Of a stretch of DNA of 64,000 nt, positions 11,168 to 24,715 are shown piece by piece. A model generated the notes under the pieces. It did no database searches, had not been told where the DNA came from, and saw nothing but the letters and a program-made list of their open reading frames with translations. Both the position numbers and the translations under genes were made by a program. Source of the DNA: Macrostomum lignano (taxonomy: Eukaryota). The stretch is from the NCBI GenBank assembly GCA_002269645.1, contig NIVC01002817.1:74216-138215 (forward strand), given 5' to 3'. Positions within the stretch are counted from its first letter, which is position 1, and every line of letters starts with the position of its first letter.

Positions 11168-11218
11168 GTGTCTGTCTGTCTCTCTGTGTCTGTCTGTTTG
11201 TCTGTCTGTCTGTCTGGC

Positions 11219-11295
<77 letters not shown>

Positions 11296-11318
11296 GCCTG
11301 TCTGTCTGTCTGTCTGTG

Positions 11319-11363
<45 letters not shown>

Positions 11364-11366
11364 TCG

Positions 11367-11407
<41 letters not shown>

Positions 11408-11430
11408 TCGTGTCTGCCTGCCTGCCTGCC

Positions 11431-11525
<95 letters not shown>

Positions 11526-11600
11526 TGTCCGCCTTAATCTGTCTTACTATTTGTCTGTTTGCTTGCCTGTCTGTATTAGTGTGTCTGTCTGCATGTCTGG
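10735..11600. repeat. (TCTG)n microsatellite, interrupted
   Basis: Direct reading. Confidence 0.98.
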
Positions 11601-12109
11601 CCCATGTCCATCAGTTCTTTTGTCAGTCTAATTTTTCTGTTTGTCTTTTCGCGTAATATCTGCCGGCTGTATCGGCGGTATACTTCGTCCCCGCCGATCC
11701 TGACCCTCTTGGCAACAAGAACCCCAAGACGCCTAAGCCGGGTGTCGCGCGACATTCTTGGCAATAAATAATCGCATTTCTCCTGCCTATCGGCAAAGCG
11801 TGGAATGTGTCCCGCGGCCTGGGTTGAGGGGCAGTTTGCAACCTCAGTTGGAATCCCGGTGCGAACCCAGCAGAATTTACTCTGCAGTCACCAATATCAT
11901 CACTTTGTTGCAACCAAAACTTCTGCTGAAAAAAAGCACTGCAGAATTTCAGTTTCCCACTCCAAGGAACGCAGCGGGTTAATAGAGTTAAAATGAGTGA
12001 TGGAGAATGTGGACAGTTGTGGGGTGGCACTTTCTGGGGCATGAGAGCGGGGCTTCTGACATTCTGTTCAGAATAGTATAAAAGCAGACTGAAGGTATAT
12101 ATGATCTAA

Positions 12110-12535
12110 GCCGAGGGTGAGATGAGAGATAAGATCCAGACTGGAGGTGAGATGAGATAATCAAGACTGGGGGTGAGATAATAGATAAGATTCCGACTGG
12201 GTGTGAGATTAGAGATAAGATCCAGACTGGGTGTGAGATTAGAGATAAGATCCAGACTGGGTGTGAGATTAGAGATAAGATCCAGATTGGGTGTGAGATT
12301 AGAGATAAGATCCAGACTTGGTGTGAGATGAGAGATACGATCCAGATTGGAGGTGAGATGAGAGATAAGAATCAGACTGGTGTGAGATGAGAGATAAAAC
12401 CCAGACTGGGGGTGAGATTAGAGAATCAAAACTGAGGTTGAGATGACAGATAAGATCAAGACTAGGGTGAGATGAGAGATAAGATCAAGACTAGGGTGAG
12501 ATGAGAGATAAGATCAAGACTAGGGTGAGATGAGA
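12110..12535. repeat. 30-bp minisatellite
   Basis: Unit gagattagagataagatccagactgggtgt. Confidence 0.9.
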
Positions 12536-13164
12536 GATTCGCTCATCTCAGGGCAGATTGGGGTGCTGAGACAATGCAATGCTGATTGTCTGGGAGAAGA
12601 ATTTCTTAACTCTCAATCAGAAATTTTCACAGTGCTTCCAAAATCAGAAATCCCCGCGCTCGGCCGAAAGAGAGATCGGGGGTGGCAAATCCCGAAATCG
12701 AAGAACTTGTCCTCACCAACTGGAGATGAAGCCGGGAGCCGAGTTTAGCCCCAGCTCAAAGTGTGAGATCTTTCGGGACAGTCTCTCGCGCTGATGAAGC
12801 TGCGCGGACCTTTTCTCCACTCGAGGGCTCATGGCTTGGACTCCTAATTGTTTGAGTTCACACTGGGTCCGGGGGGTCAGAGACAGAGGGGCAGAGTGCC
12901 GCGAATTCGGTCTTTTTGTCGACTTGGCCAGCCCCTCAAAATCTGTGCCGCAGTTGCCGAGGGCGAAAGAAGTTGCCGGGCTGTCTGTGGGGCCAGCCGT
13001 CATTGAGTTAGCCTTGGCTTCGGCTGCCCGACCGCGGCTCAGTCGATAAAATCTCCAGCCGGCGAATTCCTTGATCTGCGTGTCAATTGGGTGAAGGAGG
13101 GACTTCTCTGTGTGAGAGATTCTCTTTTGCAACTCTCTGATGAGTCGATTTAAGCACGAGTCTT

Positions 13165-14160
13165 ACCCGAATCTTCACTGAACCCGAATCTTCACTGAAC
13201 CTGAATCTTCACTGAGCCCGAAACTTCACATAACCCGAATCTTCACTGAGCCCGAAACTTCACTAAACCCGAATCTTCACTGAACCCGAATCTTCACTAA
13301 ACCCGAATCATCACTGAACTCAAATCTTCACTAAACCCGAATCTTCACTAAATTCGAATCTTCACTAAACCCGAATCTTCACTGACCCCGAATCTTCACT
13401 GAACCCGAATCTTCACTGAACCCGAATCTTCACTGACCCCGAATCTTCACTGAACCCGAATCTTCACTGAACCCGAATCTTCACTGAACCCGAATCTTCA
13501 CTGACCCCGAATCTTCACTGAACCCGAATCTTCACTGAACCAGAATCTTTACTGAAACCGAATCTTTACTGAACCCGAATCTTCACTGAACCCGAATCTT
13601 CACTGAACTCGAATCTTCACTGAACTCGAATCTTCACGAACCCGAATCTTCACTGAACTCGAATCTTTACTGAACCCGAATCTTTACTGAACCCGAATCT
13701 TCACTGAACCCGAGTCTTCATCACTGAAATCTTCACTGAACTCAAATCTTCACTGAACCAGAATCTTTACTGAACCCGAGTCTTCATCACTGAAATCTTC
13801 ACTGAACTCAAATCTTCACTGAACCAGAATCTTTACTGAACCCGAATCTTCACTGAACCCGAATCTTCACTGAACTCGAATCTTTACTGAACCCGAATCT
13901 TTACTGAACCCTAATCTTCACTGAACCCGAGTCTTCATCACTGAAATCTTCACTGAACTCAAATCTTCACTGAACTCAAATCTTTACTGAACCCGAATCT
14001 TCACTGAACCCGAATCTTTACGGAACCAGAATCTTCACTGAACCCGAATATTCACTGAACCCGAATCTTTACTGAACCCGAATCTTCACTGAACCCGAGT
14101 CTTCATCACTAAACCCGAATCTTCACTAAACCCGGATCTTCACTGAACCCGAATATTCAG
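13165..14160. repeat. 17-bp minisatellite
   Basis: Unit cccgaatcttcactgaa. Confidence 0.97.
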
Positions 14161-14677
14161 CAAAATTAATTTGTACCAACCTTAATCTTAACCAATTCGA
14201 AATTTAATTGAAATATGAACTTAACTCGGTTTTATTGAACCGCAAAGTCTTGAGCCGGCAGCGCTCTGCTTTCCTGTATGCTTTTTTTCAGTGAGACTTT
14301 TGTCTAAATTAACTTAACAACTTTTTCCAGGTCCAGCATCCTAATCTGCAGCCTCATCCGCAGAGGCCGCGATGACAGCTGGTCAGATCCATTTTATGCC
14401 CAGCGGTCCGCCCTGCCGGCCCTCTGGGACTTTGTTTTGTTGCTTAGATTTTCTTTGAAACATATCGGCGCTTATCGCTTGAATATTAGTCATATGAAAC
14501 GAGTGTATTTATAGAATTAGACACAAAAATGATGATGGAAGACCCGGGCGCCTCCGATAGCGGTGGGGACTCGCTATTCAAGGACATCTGAGCAGTAAAC
14601 TCTGGAGTGGAAACCCATTCGTTTCTAACACATTTTATCGCAAAATTTTGTGATTTCGCAGTTTTTGAGGATTAAAG

Positions 14678-15260
14678 ATTTGGGATTTGGGATTTGGAAG
14701 TTTTGGGGATTTGGGATTTGGGATTTGGAAGTTTTTGAGATTTGGGATTTGGGATTTGGAAGTTTTGGGGATTTGGGATTTGGGATTTGGAAGTTTTGGG
14801 GATTTGGGATTTGGGATTTGGAAGTTTTTGAGATTTGGGATTTGGGATTTGGAAGTTTTGGGGATTTGGGATTTGGGATTTGGAAGTTTTGGAGATTTGG
14901 GATTTGGAAGTTTTGGAGATTTGGGATTTGGGAGTTTTTGGGATTTGGGATTTGGGATTTGGAAGTTTTTGGGATTTAGGACTTGGGAGTTTTTGGGATT
15001 TGATACTTGGGAGTTTTTGGGATTTGGGACTTGGAAGTTTCGGGGATTTGGGATTTGGGAGTTTTGGGGATTTGGAACTTGGAAGTTTCGGGGATTTGGG
15101 AGTTTTGGGGATTTGGGATTTGGAATTCGGGAGTTTTGAGATAGGGGGTTTTGAGAGTTTTAGGATGGGTTTAGAGAGTTTGGGGGTTTGGGATTTGGGA
15201 GTTTAGGGGATTTGCGATTTGAGTATTTTAAGGGTTTAGGGTTGGAGATTTTTGGGATTT
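14678..15260. repeat. G-rich (GGGATTT)-based compound repeat
   Basis: gggatttgggatttgggatttggaagttttg units, decaying 3'. Confidence 0.93.
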
Positions 15261-15865
15261 GAAAGAAAGAATCAGGACACTGGGAGTCGTAAGCTTGTCT
15301 GGGAGGCGCACAGTCCGCATCCAGATCGCCTGGGCTGGCCGATTCCAATCGCCAGCTGTTGCAGAAAAAACCTCCAAAAGAACGGAGGCAAGAATCATAA
15401 TAAACTGCTTTTTATCAAGCCGCAATCTCCCCGGGAAAATTCTCCCCTCTCTTAGCGGCGCATCTGGGGAAGCTGTGGAGTTTCCTGTGCTGAGGGGATA
15501 TTCGAGACCAGCCGGGGTGTTGACAGTGGCTGAGGGTGAGGAGAAGGCGCCGCATCACCTCCCTGTGGCTTATCACTTCTCCTTCCTCACTTGGTGGCGG
15601 CGGGTAGGAGCCGCGAGCCAGCGATATTAAAGTTTGCTGTGTGCTGTGTACACACACACACACTCTCTCACACACACACAGTAGCAGACCCGGTGCACAC
15701 ACCGCAATATCAAGTATTTAGACGTTGAGGCCCCAGGTTCCTCCTTATCAGCGACACAAGGTGAGAGAGCAAAGTCTCTATGTAAAAAAGATGAAGGAGC
15801 TCTGAGGCTGCAGGTCTGCTCCGTTCTTGACTGCATGAGTTTTTTGTTCTGTGTTGGGATAAGTG

Positions 15866-16500
15866 AGAGTGGGGGCAGAAGGGCTCGAGAGAGCGAGCAG
15901 TAACACAAGGAAAAGAGAGGGAGGGAGAAGTAGGGTGAGAGAGGGAACACGGGAGGGTAGGAGAAGAGGAGACAGGAGGGTGAGAGAGGGAGACTGGGGT
16001 TGAGAGAGGGAGAAAGAGAGGGAGACAGAGGGAGAGAGAGAGAAACAGGAGATGGAGAGAAGGGGAGACGGGAAGGTGAGGAAGGGGAGCCAGGAGGGTG
16101 AGGGAGAGGGGGAGACAGGAGGGTGAAGGGGGAGACAGGGAGTGAGGGGGAGACAGGAGGGAGAGGGAGAGGGGGAAACAGGGGGTGAGGGGGGAGACAG
16201 GGGGTGAGGGGGAGACAGGAGGGAGAGAGAGAGGGGGAGACAGGGGGTGAGGGGGAGACAGGGGGTGAGGGGGAGACAGGAGGGTGAGGGGTGACAAGAG
16301 GGCGAGAGAGATGAGAAAGGAGGAGGATGGAGTGAGACAGGGGGAGAGGGGAGACAGGAGGGAGAGGGAGAGGGGGAGACAGGAGGGTGAGGGGGAGACA
16401 GGAGGGCGAGGGGAGACAAGAGGGCGAGAGAGATGAGAAAGGAGGGTAAGAGAGCTGAGACAGGAGGGTGAGGGAAAGGGAGACAAGAGGGTGAGAGCAG
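15866..16500. repeat. Purine-rich low-complexity repeat
   Basis: ggtgagggggagacagga-like units. Confidence 0.9.
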
Positions 16501-16967
16501 GTATCGACCATGGCTCGAGTTCGCATTTGAAAAGTTCACCCAGAGCTGGCCAAAGCTCGTAATGAGCGGGGAGTGAAGGCGGGCTGCAGTGCACTTGGTG
16601 CCTCTGCCCTATCGCACTATTATTAACACTGGGCTACTTGCAGTTCGCACCCCCGATCTCACTTCGCGTCTCTGTCCCTCCCTCCAGGGTCTCGTTTAGT
16701 TTGTCAATCAACGAATATCCAGAGGGCAGCCCCCCCCCACTGCACTGCTATTGACTTTGCGAACTGTATCGGTCATTTTGAAGCTCCCCCGAGCACTTGG
16801 GCGATAGGGAAGCTTGAAGGGGTTCAGTGTTTTTGTGAACTTTGCAGATGAGCTGTGGAAATTGACAGCTCTGTTGGCGCTCTGACTGATCTGGTGCGGA
16901 AATAAATGTTGAGCTTTGATGCCAGTGACGCTTAACTGCGAGTCAAACTGTGCTAAATCCGGTGTCA

Positions 16968-17588
16968 GATGGTGCCTAATGTGTGTCAGATGGTGCCCAA
17001 TGTGTGTCAGATGGTGCCTAATGTGTCAGAGAGGGATCCTAATATGGCTGTCAGATGGTTTGTAATGTGTCAGAGAGAGATCCTAATACGGCTGTCAGAT
17101 GGTGTCTAATTTGTCAGAGAAGGATCCTAATATGGCTGTCAGATGGTGTCTAATGTGTCAGAGATGGATCCTAATCTGGCTGTCAGATGGTGTCTAATGT
17201 GTCAGAGATGGATCCTAATCTGGCTGTCAGATGGTGTCTAATGTGTCAGAGAGGGATCCTAATCTGGCTGTCAGATGGTGTCTAATGTGTCAGAGATGGA
17301 TCCTAATCTGGCTGTCAGATGGTGTCTAATGTGTCAGAGAGGGATCCTAATCTGGCTGTCAGATGGTGTCTAATGTGTCAGAGAGGGATCCTAATACGGC
17401 TGTCAGATGGTGTCTAATGTGTCAGAGAGGGATCCTAATACGGCTGTCAGATGGTGTCTAATGTGTCAGAGAGGGATCCTAATACGGCTGTCAGATGGTG
17501 TCTAATGTGTCAGAGAGGGATCCTAATACGGCTGTCAGATGGTGTCTAATGTGTCAGAGAGGGATCCTAATCTGGCTGTCAGATGGTC
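16968..17588. repeat. 44-bp minisatellite
   Basis: Unit gtcagatggtgtctaatgtgtcagagagggatcctaatacggct. Confidence 0.96.
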
Positions 17589-17954
17589 AGGGGAAGTGTC
17601 AGGGGAAGCCTAATAAAAGTGTCAAGAAAAGCATACCCCAATAAAGTGCCCTCCGCCCCAGGCTGTTTCTGCAGTCTCGCATTGCGCCTGTCTTCTAGGG
17701 CCCGCGAGGCTGTCAATAAAGCAAACAAACTTGCCCGGCTGCCTCGTGTCGGCTTTCCCGCTGCCCCAATTGCGGCGATTCGCGTGAATCCCCGACCGGC
17801 TTCTCGTATTCGTCTTTGCCTCGCTGTTTATCCGATTTTTTCTGGACCCGTTGGCCCCCCAATGCTGGTTCTCTGTTGTTTGTGCCAGTGAACTTATTTC
17901 TGCTTTTGATGCACTTTTGATGATGCAGCTGCTTGTGGGTATGACGAGACTGGA

Positions 17955-18270
17955 GACTGGCGGGGAGAGGAAGATGAGAGAGGGCTGTGAGAGGGAGATG
18001 AGAGAGGGAAAAGGAGATAGGAGAGGGTAGGAGAGACAAGAGAGGGAGTGGGTAATAAAAGAGAAAGAGAGGGAGATAGGAGAGGGAAGATACGAGCGCA
18101 GGAGAGGGCGAGGGGGAAAGGAGAGGGTGAGGGAGAGGGGAGATAAGAGCGTAGGATAGAGAGAGGGAGATGGGAGGGAGAGGGAGTGATAGGGTACAAG
18201 AGAGATGGAAACAAGAGAGGGGAGACAAGAGAGGGGAGGGGGATAGAAGGGGAGAGAGACAAGCCAGAGG
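17955..18270. repeat. GA-rich low-complexity tract
   Basis: Direct reading. Confidence 0.85.
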
Positions 18271-19104
18271 AACGCAGCAGAGCGCTATCAGCCTGAAATT
18301 TCTCAAGCCTTACTAGGCTGCACGTTCACCTTCAGAGAATCAATCACGAAGGAGGCGGTTTTCACCAGCGGGGCTTATTGAGCAGGCATCAGACCGCCGG
18401 CTCGAGGCCTGACCATGTCGCTTGAAAAGTGCATCTGGCACCGCCTGGGCCTGACAGCTTACTTTCTGATCGTCAAGAAAATGATGAAGCACCCATGGTC
18501 AGCTCTGCGGAGTCTGGAAGCGGCAGATGACGGCAAGTGCCAGAAGAATCAAAAATAACCCGGCCTGAAATTTCAGAGGCGCCCTGGGTGAATGAGTTTC
18601 CTAGGCAGGAAGTCATAAATCTTGCGGACACCTCGCCACGATCTCCCATTGTCTGCCATCAGCCTGGCGGCAAAATTTGCACCCGGGCGGGTCTCCGCTG
18701 CTGAGCCGCAGAGGATGGAGAGGGGAGACTGGCGCCAGGATCTCGCTGTCAGGCAATCAACAGGGTGTCATCGGATTCCGTAATTCAATTTGCAGATCTT
18801 GTTGCCGACTGGGCGACTGCGAGCTGGGTTCGAGGCTCAGGACTTCGGGCTCATTGGGGCCTGTTTTGCGTGCTTCTGCACTCAGCCAGCCAGTCAGTCA
18901 GTCAGCCAGTCTAATTGTCTGCCTGCCTGCCTGCCCTGTGCGCTGAAAGATGAGCTCTGCTGAAATTGGCGAGCCAGGAAGTCAGCAAGTCAACTTTGTG
19001 GGGAGCAGCTGGTGGTGCAGCCTGGCTTGAGATGCTCAGTGACATTTTGTGGGCTTTTTATTAGCTTTGAGTTCATTGGGTGAGTTTATGAGCTCATGAC
19101 TATA

Positions 19105-19500
19105 TGAGTGAGTTAGTGAATGACTTCGTGACGGAGTTCATGAGTGAGATCATGAGTGAGTTCATGAGTGAGTTCATGAGTGAGTTCATGAGTGAGTTCA
19201 TGAGTGAGTTCATGAGTGAGTTCATGAGTGAGTTCATGAGTGAGTTCATGAGTGAGTTCATGAGTGAGTTCATGAGTGAGTTCATGAGTGAGTTCATGCG
19301 TGAGTTCATGAGTGAGTTCATGAGTGAGTTCATGAGTGAGTTCATGAGTGAGTTCATGCGTGAGTTCATGAGTGAGTTCATAAGTGAGTTCATGAGTGAG
19401 TTCATGAGTGAGCTCATGAGTAAGTTCATGAGTGAGTTCATGAGTGAGTTCATAAGTGAGTTCATGAGTGAGTTCCTGAGTAAATTCATGAGTGAGTTAG
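19105..19500. repeat. 12-bp minisatellite (GAGTTCATGAGT)n
   Basis: Direct reading. Confidence 0.97.
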
Positions 19501-20409
19501 CATTTCAAAATGACATTCACTGCAGTCACTTGTTGGCTGACAATGAGGCAGGGAAGTGCAGGTCAGGCAGTTTGCAGTTACTCAGCTCAAATATTTGCTG
19601 ACTGACAGCCCTGCACCCGGCACAGATGATAACTCCCGGGTCCGCAGATCAGGTCACCGCCCGTCTGCCAGCAGCATGGCAAATGTTTGACAGCAATTTT
19701 AATAAATCTGATGCAGCTCTATGAAAATGTCCCAACACAGCTCTCAGCTCACGGAAGCTAAAATATAATGCCTATAGATAGTATCATCGTGGACTACTAA
19801 GTACGGTTATCTATATAGAATTTGGATTGGAAACCGGGGCTACTCCTGCAGAGACAATCCGCCAGCCCTCCGAGAGCTGCCAGTTAAGTTGAGTGGGCGG
19901 TGGCAGCAGCGGCGGTGCCATCACGCAAGCGCACCATCGGTCAGCTGACAGCTGAGGCCTCTCCGGCTGGGACTTCCTGATCGGATTAATTATCTCGTTG
20001 GCCGGCCGGCCCTCCGTGTCCTCGCCAATGTTCTCTCCCTTCCCGGAATCTCATTGAAACTAAGCCCCCCCCTCTTAGCAGCAGCCTCATCTGAGCTGGG
20101 GAGGCTGGGAGACAGAACTTAGCGGAATACAATGGCAGGAAAAATGGACGGTCCCGCAGTCTGTCTGTCCTGACTGGAAATCGGCCGCAGCAAGCGATCG
20201 CCGCGGTTCCATCTCTGGGAGCCGATGAGAGTGAAGTTTCCTGACTGACGGTCTCGAAAACAATTGACGAGCTGGGCCAGAGTGAGTGAGGTGAAATGTG
20301 TGCCAATTTGGCTAATTCACTCACTTTCACTTGAGTCCGATTGCTCCGGTGTATGGTGGAGCTCTGGGGCCTCGGCTGGTGCGCTAATTTTCATCCCATG
20401 GTGCAAACC

Positions 20410-21118
20410 ATGGGATGGCGCCAGATCAGAGATTATTAGAGATGGCGCCAGACTCAATTAGCAGAGATGGCGCCAGACTCAATTTGGAGAGATGACGCCA
20501 GACTCAATTATCAGAGATGGCGCCAGACTCAATTTGGAGAGATGGCGCCAGATCAGAGATTATCAGAGATGGCGCCAGACTCAATTTGGAGAGATGGCGC
20601 CAGACTCAATTATCAGAGATGGCGCCAGACTCAATTTGGAGAGATGGCGCCAGATCAGAGATTATCAGAGATGGCGCCACACTCAACTATCAGAGATGGC
20701 GCCAGACTCAATATTATCAGAGATGGCGCCACACTCAACTATCAGAGATAGCGCCAGACTCAATATTATCAGAGATGGCGCCAGACTCAATATTATCAGA
20801 GATGGCGCCAGACTCAATTGTCAGAGATGGCGCCAGACTCAATATTATCAGAGATGGTGTCAGACTCAATTGTCAGAGATGGCGCCAGACTCAATATTAT
20901 CAGAGATGGCGCCAGACTCAATATTATCAGAGATGGCGTCAGACTCAATTGTCAGAGATGGCGCCAGACTCAATATTATCAGAGATGGCGCCAGACTCAA
21001 TATTATCAGAGATGGCGCCAGACTCAATATTATCAGAGATGGCGTCAGACTCAATATTATCAGAGATGGCGCCAGACTCAATATTATCAGAGATGGCGTC
21101 AGAATCAATTGTCAGAGA
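20410..21118. repeat. 27-bp ATGGCGCC minisatellite
   Basis: Unit gagatggcgccagactcaatattatca with 23-27-bp variants. Confidence 0.96.
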
Positions 21119-21119
21119 T

Positions 21120-21665
21120 CGCTTATTCTCTCACCGCTTACTCTCTCACCGCTTACTCTCTCACCATTTACTCTCTCACCGCTTACTCTCTCACCGCTTA
21201 CTCTCTCATTGCTTACTTTCTCACCGCTTACCATCTCAACGCTTACTCTCTCAACGCTTACTCTCTCACCGCTTACTCTCTCATTGCTTACTCTCACCGC
21301 TTACTCTCTCACCGCTTACTCTCTCACCGCTTACTCTCTCACCGCTTACTCTCTCACCGCTTACTCTCTCACCGCTTACTCTCTCACCGCTTACTCTCTC
21401 ATTGCTTACTTTCTCACCGCTTACCATCTCAACGCTTACTCTCTCAACGCTTACTCTCTCACCGCTTACTCTCTCATTGCTTACTCTCACCGCTTACTCT
21501 CTCACCGCTTACTCTCTCACCGCTTACTCTCTCACCGCTTACTCTCTCACCGCTTACTCTCTCACCGCTTACTCTCTCACCGCTTACTCTCTCACCGCTT
21601 ACTCTCTCACCGCTTACTCTCTCACCGCTTACTCTCTCACCGCTTACTCTCTCACCGCTTACTCC
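21120..21665. repeat. 15-bp minisatellite abutting the previous array
   Basis: Unit cgcttactctctcac. A variant block recurs at a 193-bp offset (21208 vs 21401). Confidence 0.96.
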
Positions 21666-22299
21666 TCTCTCCATCTGACTCGTGCCCTCCATCCGACTTC
21701 ACTTTCTCAGCAATTATCCAGTTTCCAAGAGCCCCATCATTCATTATCTTACTCAAACTCATACTTCAAACGAATTTTATTTGCCATTCCAACTCAGCCG
21801 GTGCAGGTGAGTTTAATGGGCCCGCGGAGACCCTTCAACCCTCAACAGCCCCATTTTCGATACAAACTCCAATTTTAAAGTGAGTATTTTATCCTTCAAG
21901 CCGCTGCACGCTTAACGTATCTGTATGTTTAGGCGGGGTCAGCGCACTACGAACTGGAGTTCTGATCTCGATTGCGTAACCACCCCTTAGTAATTAAGGC
22001 CAGCGACCCCATCGGCTCCTCAATCCCTGGCCTCTTCCTTCCTGCTTCTTTTAGTCGGCGACCTTTCATTCTCTTCTCCTGTCCAGCTGAGCTGTGGTGT
22101 GCTCAGCCTGTCTGAGTGGCTCTTCCGACATCTGCGGCTGCCCTCCCAGCCTCTCCTGTCCTTCATCTCTGCCGATCGCATTCTTGGCTTGATTTAGAAA
22201 TCTCAGTTGACCAAGCTTTTGCTGTTGTTGTCGACTTCATTTGGATTTATCAGGAGCGGAGGATTGAAATCTTGAGGTTGGATTTTTAAGCTCAGTCTC

Positions 22300-23280
22300 T
22301 GAGTCTACCTCTGAGTCTACCTCTGTGTCTCCTGTGTCTACCCCTGTGTCTACCCCAGTGTCTACCCCAGTGTCTACCCCAGTGTCTACCCCTGTGTCTA
22401 CCCCAGTGTCTACCCCTGTGTCTACCCCTGTGTCTACCCCAGTGTCTACCCCAGTGTCTACCTCTGTGTCTACCTCTGTGTCTCCTGTGTCTACCCAGTG
22501 TCTACCTCTGTGTCTCCTGTGTCTACCCAGTGTCTACCTCTGTGTCTCCTGTGTCTACCTCTGTGTCTACCTCTGTGTCTCCTGTGTCTACCTCTGTGTC
22601 TCCTGTGTCTACCTCTGTCTCCTGTGTCTACCTCTGTCTCCTGTGTCTACCTCTGTGTCTCCTGTGTCTACCTCTGTGTCTCCTGTGTCTACCTCTGTGT
22701 CTACCTCTGTGTCTACCTCTGTGTCTACCTCTGTGTCTCCTGTGTCTACCTCTGTGTCTACCTCTGTGTCTCCTGTGTCTACCTCTGTGTCTCCTGTGTC
22801 TACCTCTGTCTCCTGTGTCTACCTCTGTCTCCTGTGTCTACCTCTGTGTCTCCTGTGTCTACCTCTGTGTCTCCTGTGTCTACCCAGTGTCTACCTCTGT
22901 GTCTCCTGTGTCTACCTCTGTGTCTACCTCTGTGTCTCCTGTGTCTACCTCTGTGTCTCCTGTGTCTACCTCTGTGTCTCCTGTGTCTACCTCTGTGTCT
23001 CCTGTGTCTACCTCTGTGTCTCCTGTGTCTACCTCTGAGTCTACCTCTGTGTCTCCTATGTCTACTTCTGAGTCTACCTCTGTGTCTACCTCTGTGTCAA
23101 CTTCTGGGTCTACCTCTGTCTTACTCTGTGTCTACCTGTGTATCTATCTCTGTGTCCACCTGTGTATCTACCTCTGTGTCCACCTGTGTATCTACCTCTG
23201 TGTCTACCTGTGTATCTACCTCTGTGTCCACCTGTGTATCTACCTCTGTGTCTACCTGTGTATCTACCTCTGTTTCTACT
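22300..23280. repeat. 9/12-bp compound minisatellite
   Basis: gtgtctacctct and gtgtctcct units. Confidence 0.96.
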
Positions 23281-23759
23281 TCGGTATTTACATCTACAAT
23301 TTACCAATATCTACCTATGCATCTACCTTTATGCCTACACATTTATCTACACGTGTCTACCATTTTATCTACTTTTGTATTCTTATCTAATTAATTCTGT
23401 ATCTACCTCGAACTTTCTAATTTTCTGTCATCCAATTTTACGTCCGAACTTTCGACATCTCAGCTGTCAATTGACTAACCTTTCAGTTGAGATTCTCTGT
23501 GCCAAGCTGCAGCAGCTGGTGCTCTCTCTTAAGGTTTCAGGTGGCGGCTGGCCTTCAAACGAAACCTTTCAATAAAATCCCGGCCGAGTTTGGCGTCGGA
23601 TTTCGGCCCATTAGCGAGTTCAGAAACCCCTCTGGCATGGCTTTTGTTTGTTAATGCTGGCTGCTGAGTAGCAGCTCATGCTCTGATTGTCAGCACTCGC
23701 TATGGGGTTGCGTACTGAATAGCTGAACTCACTTCTTCAGTAGGTTGGAGACCTGTGGC

Positions 23760-24715
23760 CTCTATGACCCTATGACTAAGCCGATTATTTAACCAAAATT
23801 ACTATATGACTATGATGACCCTATGAACAAGATGATCATGACCAGCATGACCATATAAACAAACGACTGTATGACCAAAATGACCATATGACCAAAATGA
23901 CTGAATGACCAAAATGACCATATGACCAAAATGACCATATGACCAAAATGACCATTTGACCAAAATGACCATATGACCAAAATGACCATATGACCAAAAT
24001 GACCATATGACCAAAATGACCATATGACCAAAATGACTGAATGACCAAAATGACCATATGACCAAAATGACCATATGACCAAAATGACCATATGACCAAA
24101 ATGACCATATGACCAAAATGACCATATGACCAAAATGACCATATGACCAAAATGACCATATGACCAAAATGACCATATGACCAAAATGACCATATGACCA
24201 AAATGACTGAATGACCAAAATGACCATATGACCAAAATGACCATTTGACCAAAATGACCATTTGACCAAAATGACCATTTGACCAAAATGACCATTTGAC
24301 CAAAATGACCATTTGACCAAAATGACCATTTGACCAAAATGACTGAATGACCAAAATGACCATATGACCAAAATGACCATATGACCAAAATGACTGAATG
24401 ACCATATGACCAAAATGACTGAATGACCATATGACCAAAATGACTGAATGACCATATGACCAAAATGACTGAATGACCATATGACCAAAATGACTGAATG
24501 ACCAAAATGACTGAATGACCAAAATGACCATATGACCAAAATGACCATATGACCAAAATGACCATATGACCAAAATGACTGAATGACCATATGACCAAAA
24601 TGACCATATGACCAAAATGACTGAATGACCATATGACCAAAATGACCATATTACCAAAATGACCATATGACCAAAATGACTATATGAGCATGTGACCACA
24701 GCATGACCCATCAAC
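23760..24715. repeat. 17-bp TGACC minisatellite (orphan copy at 25091-25180)
   Basis: Unit tgaccaaaatgaccata. Confidence 0.96.
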
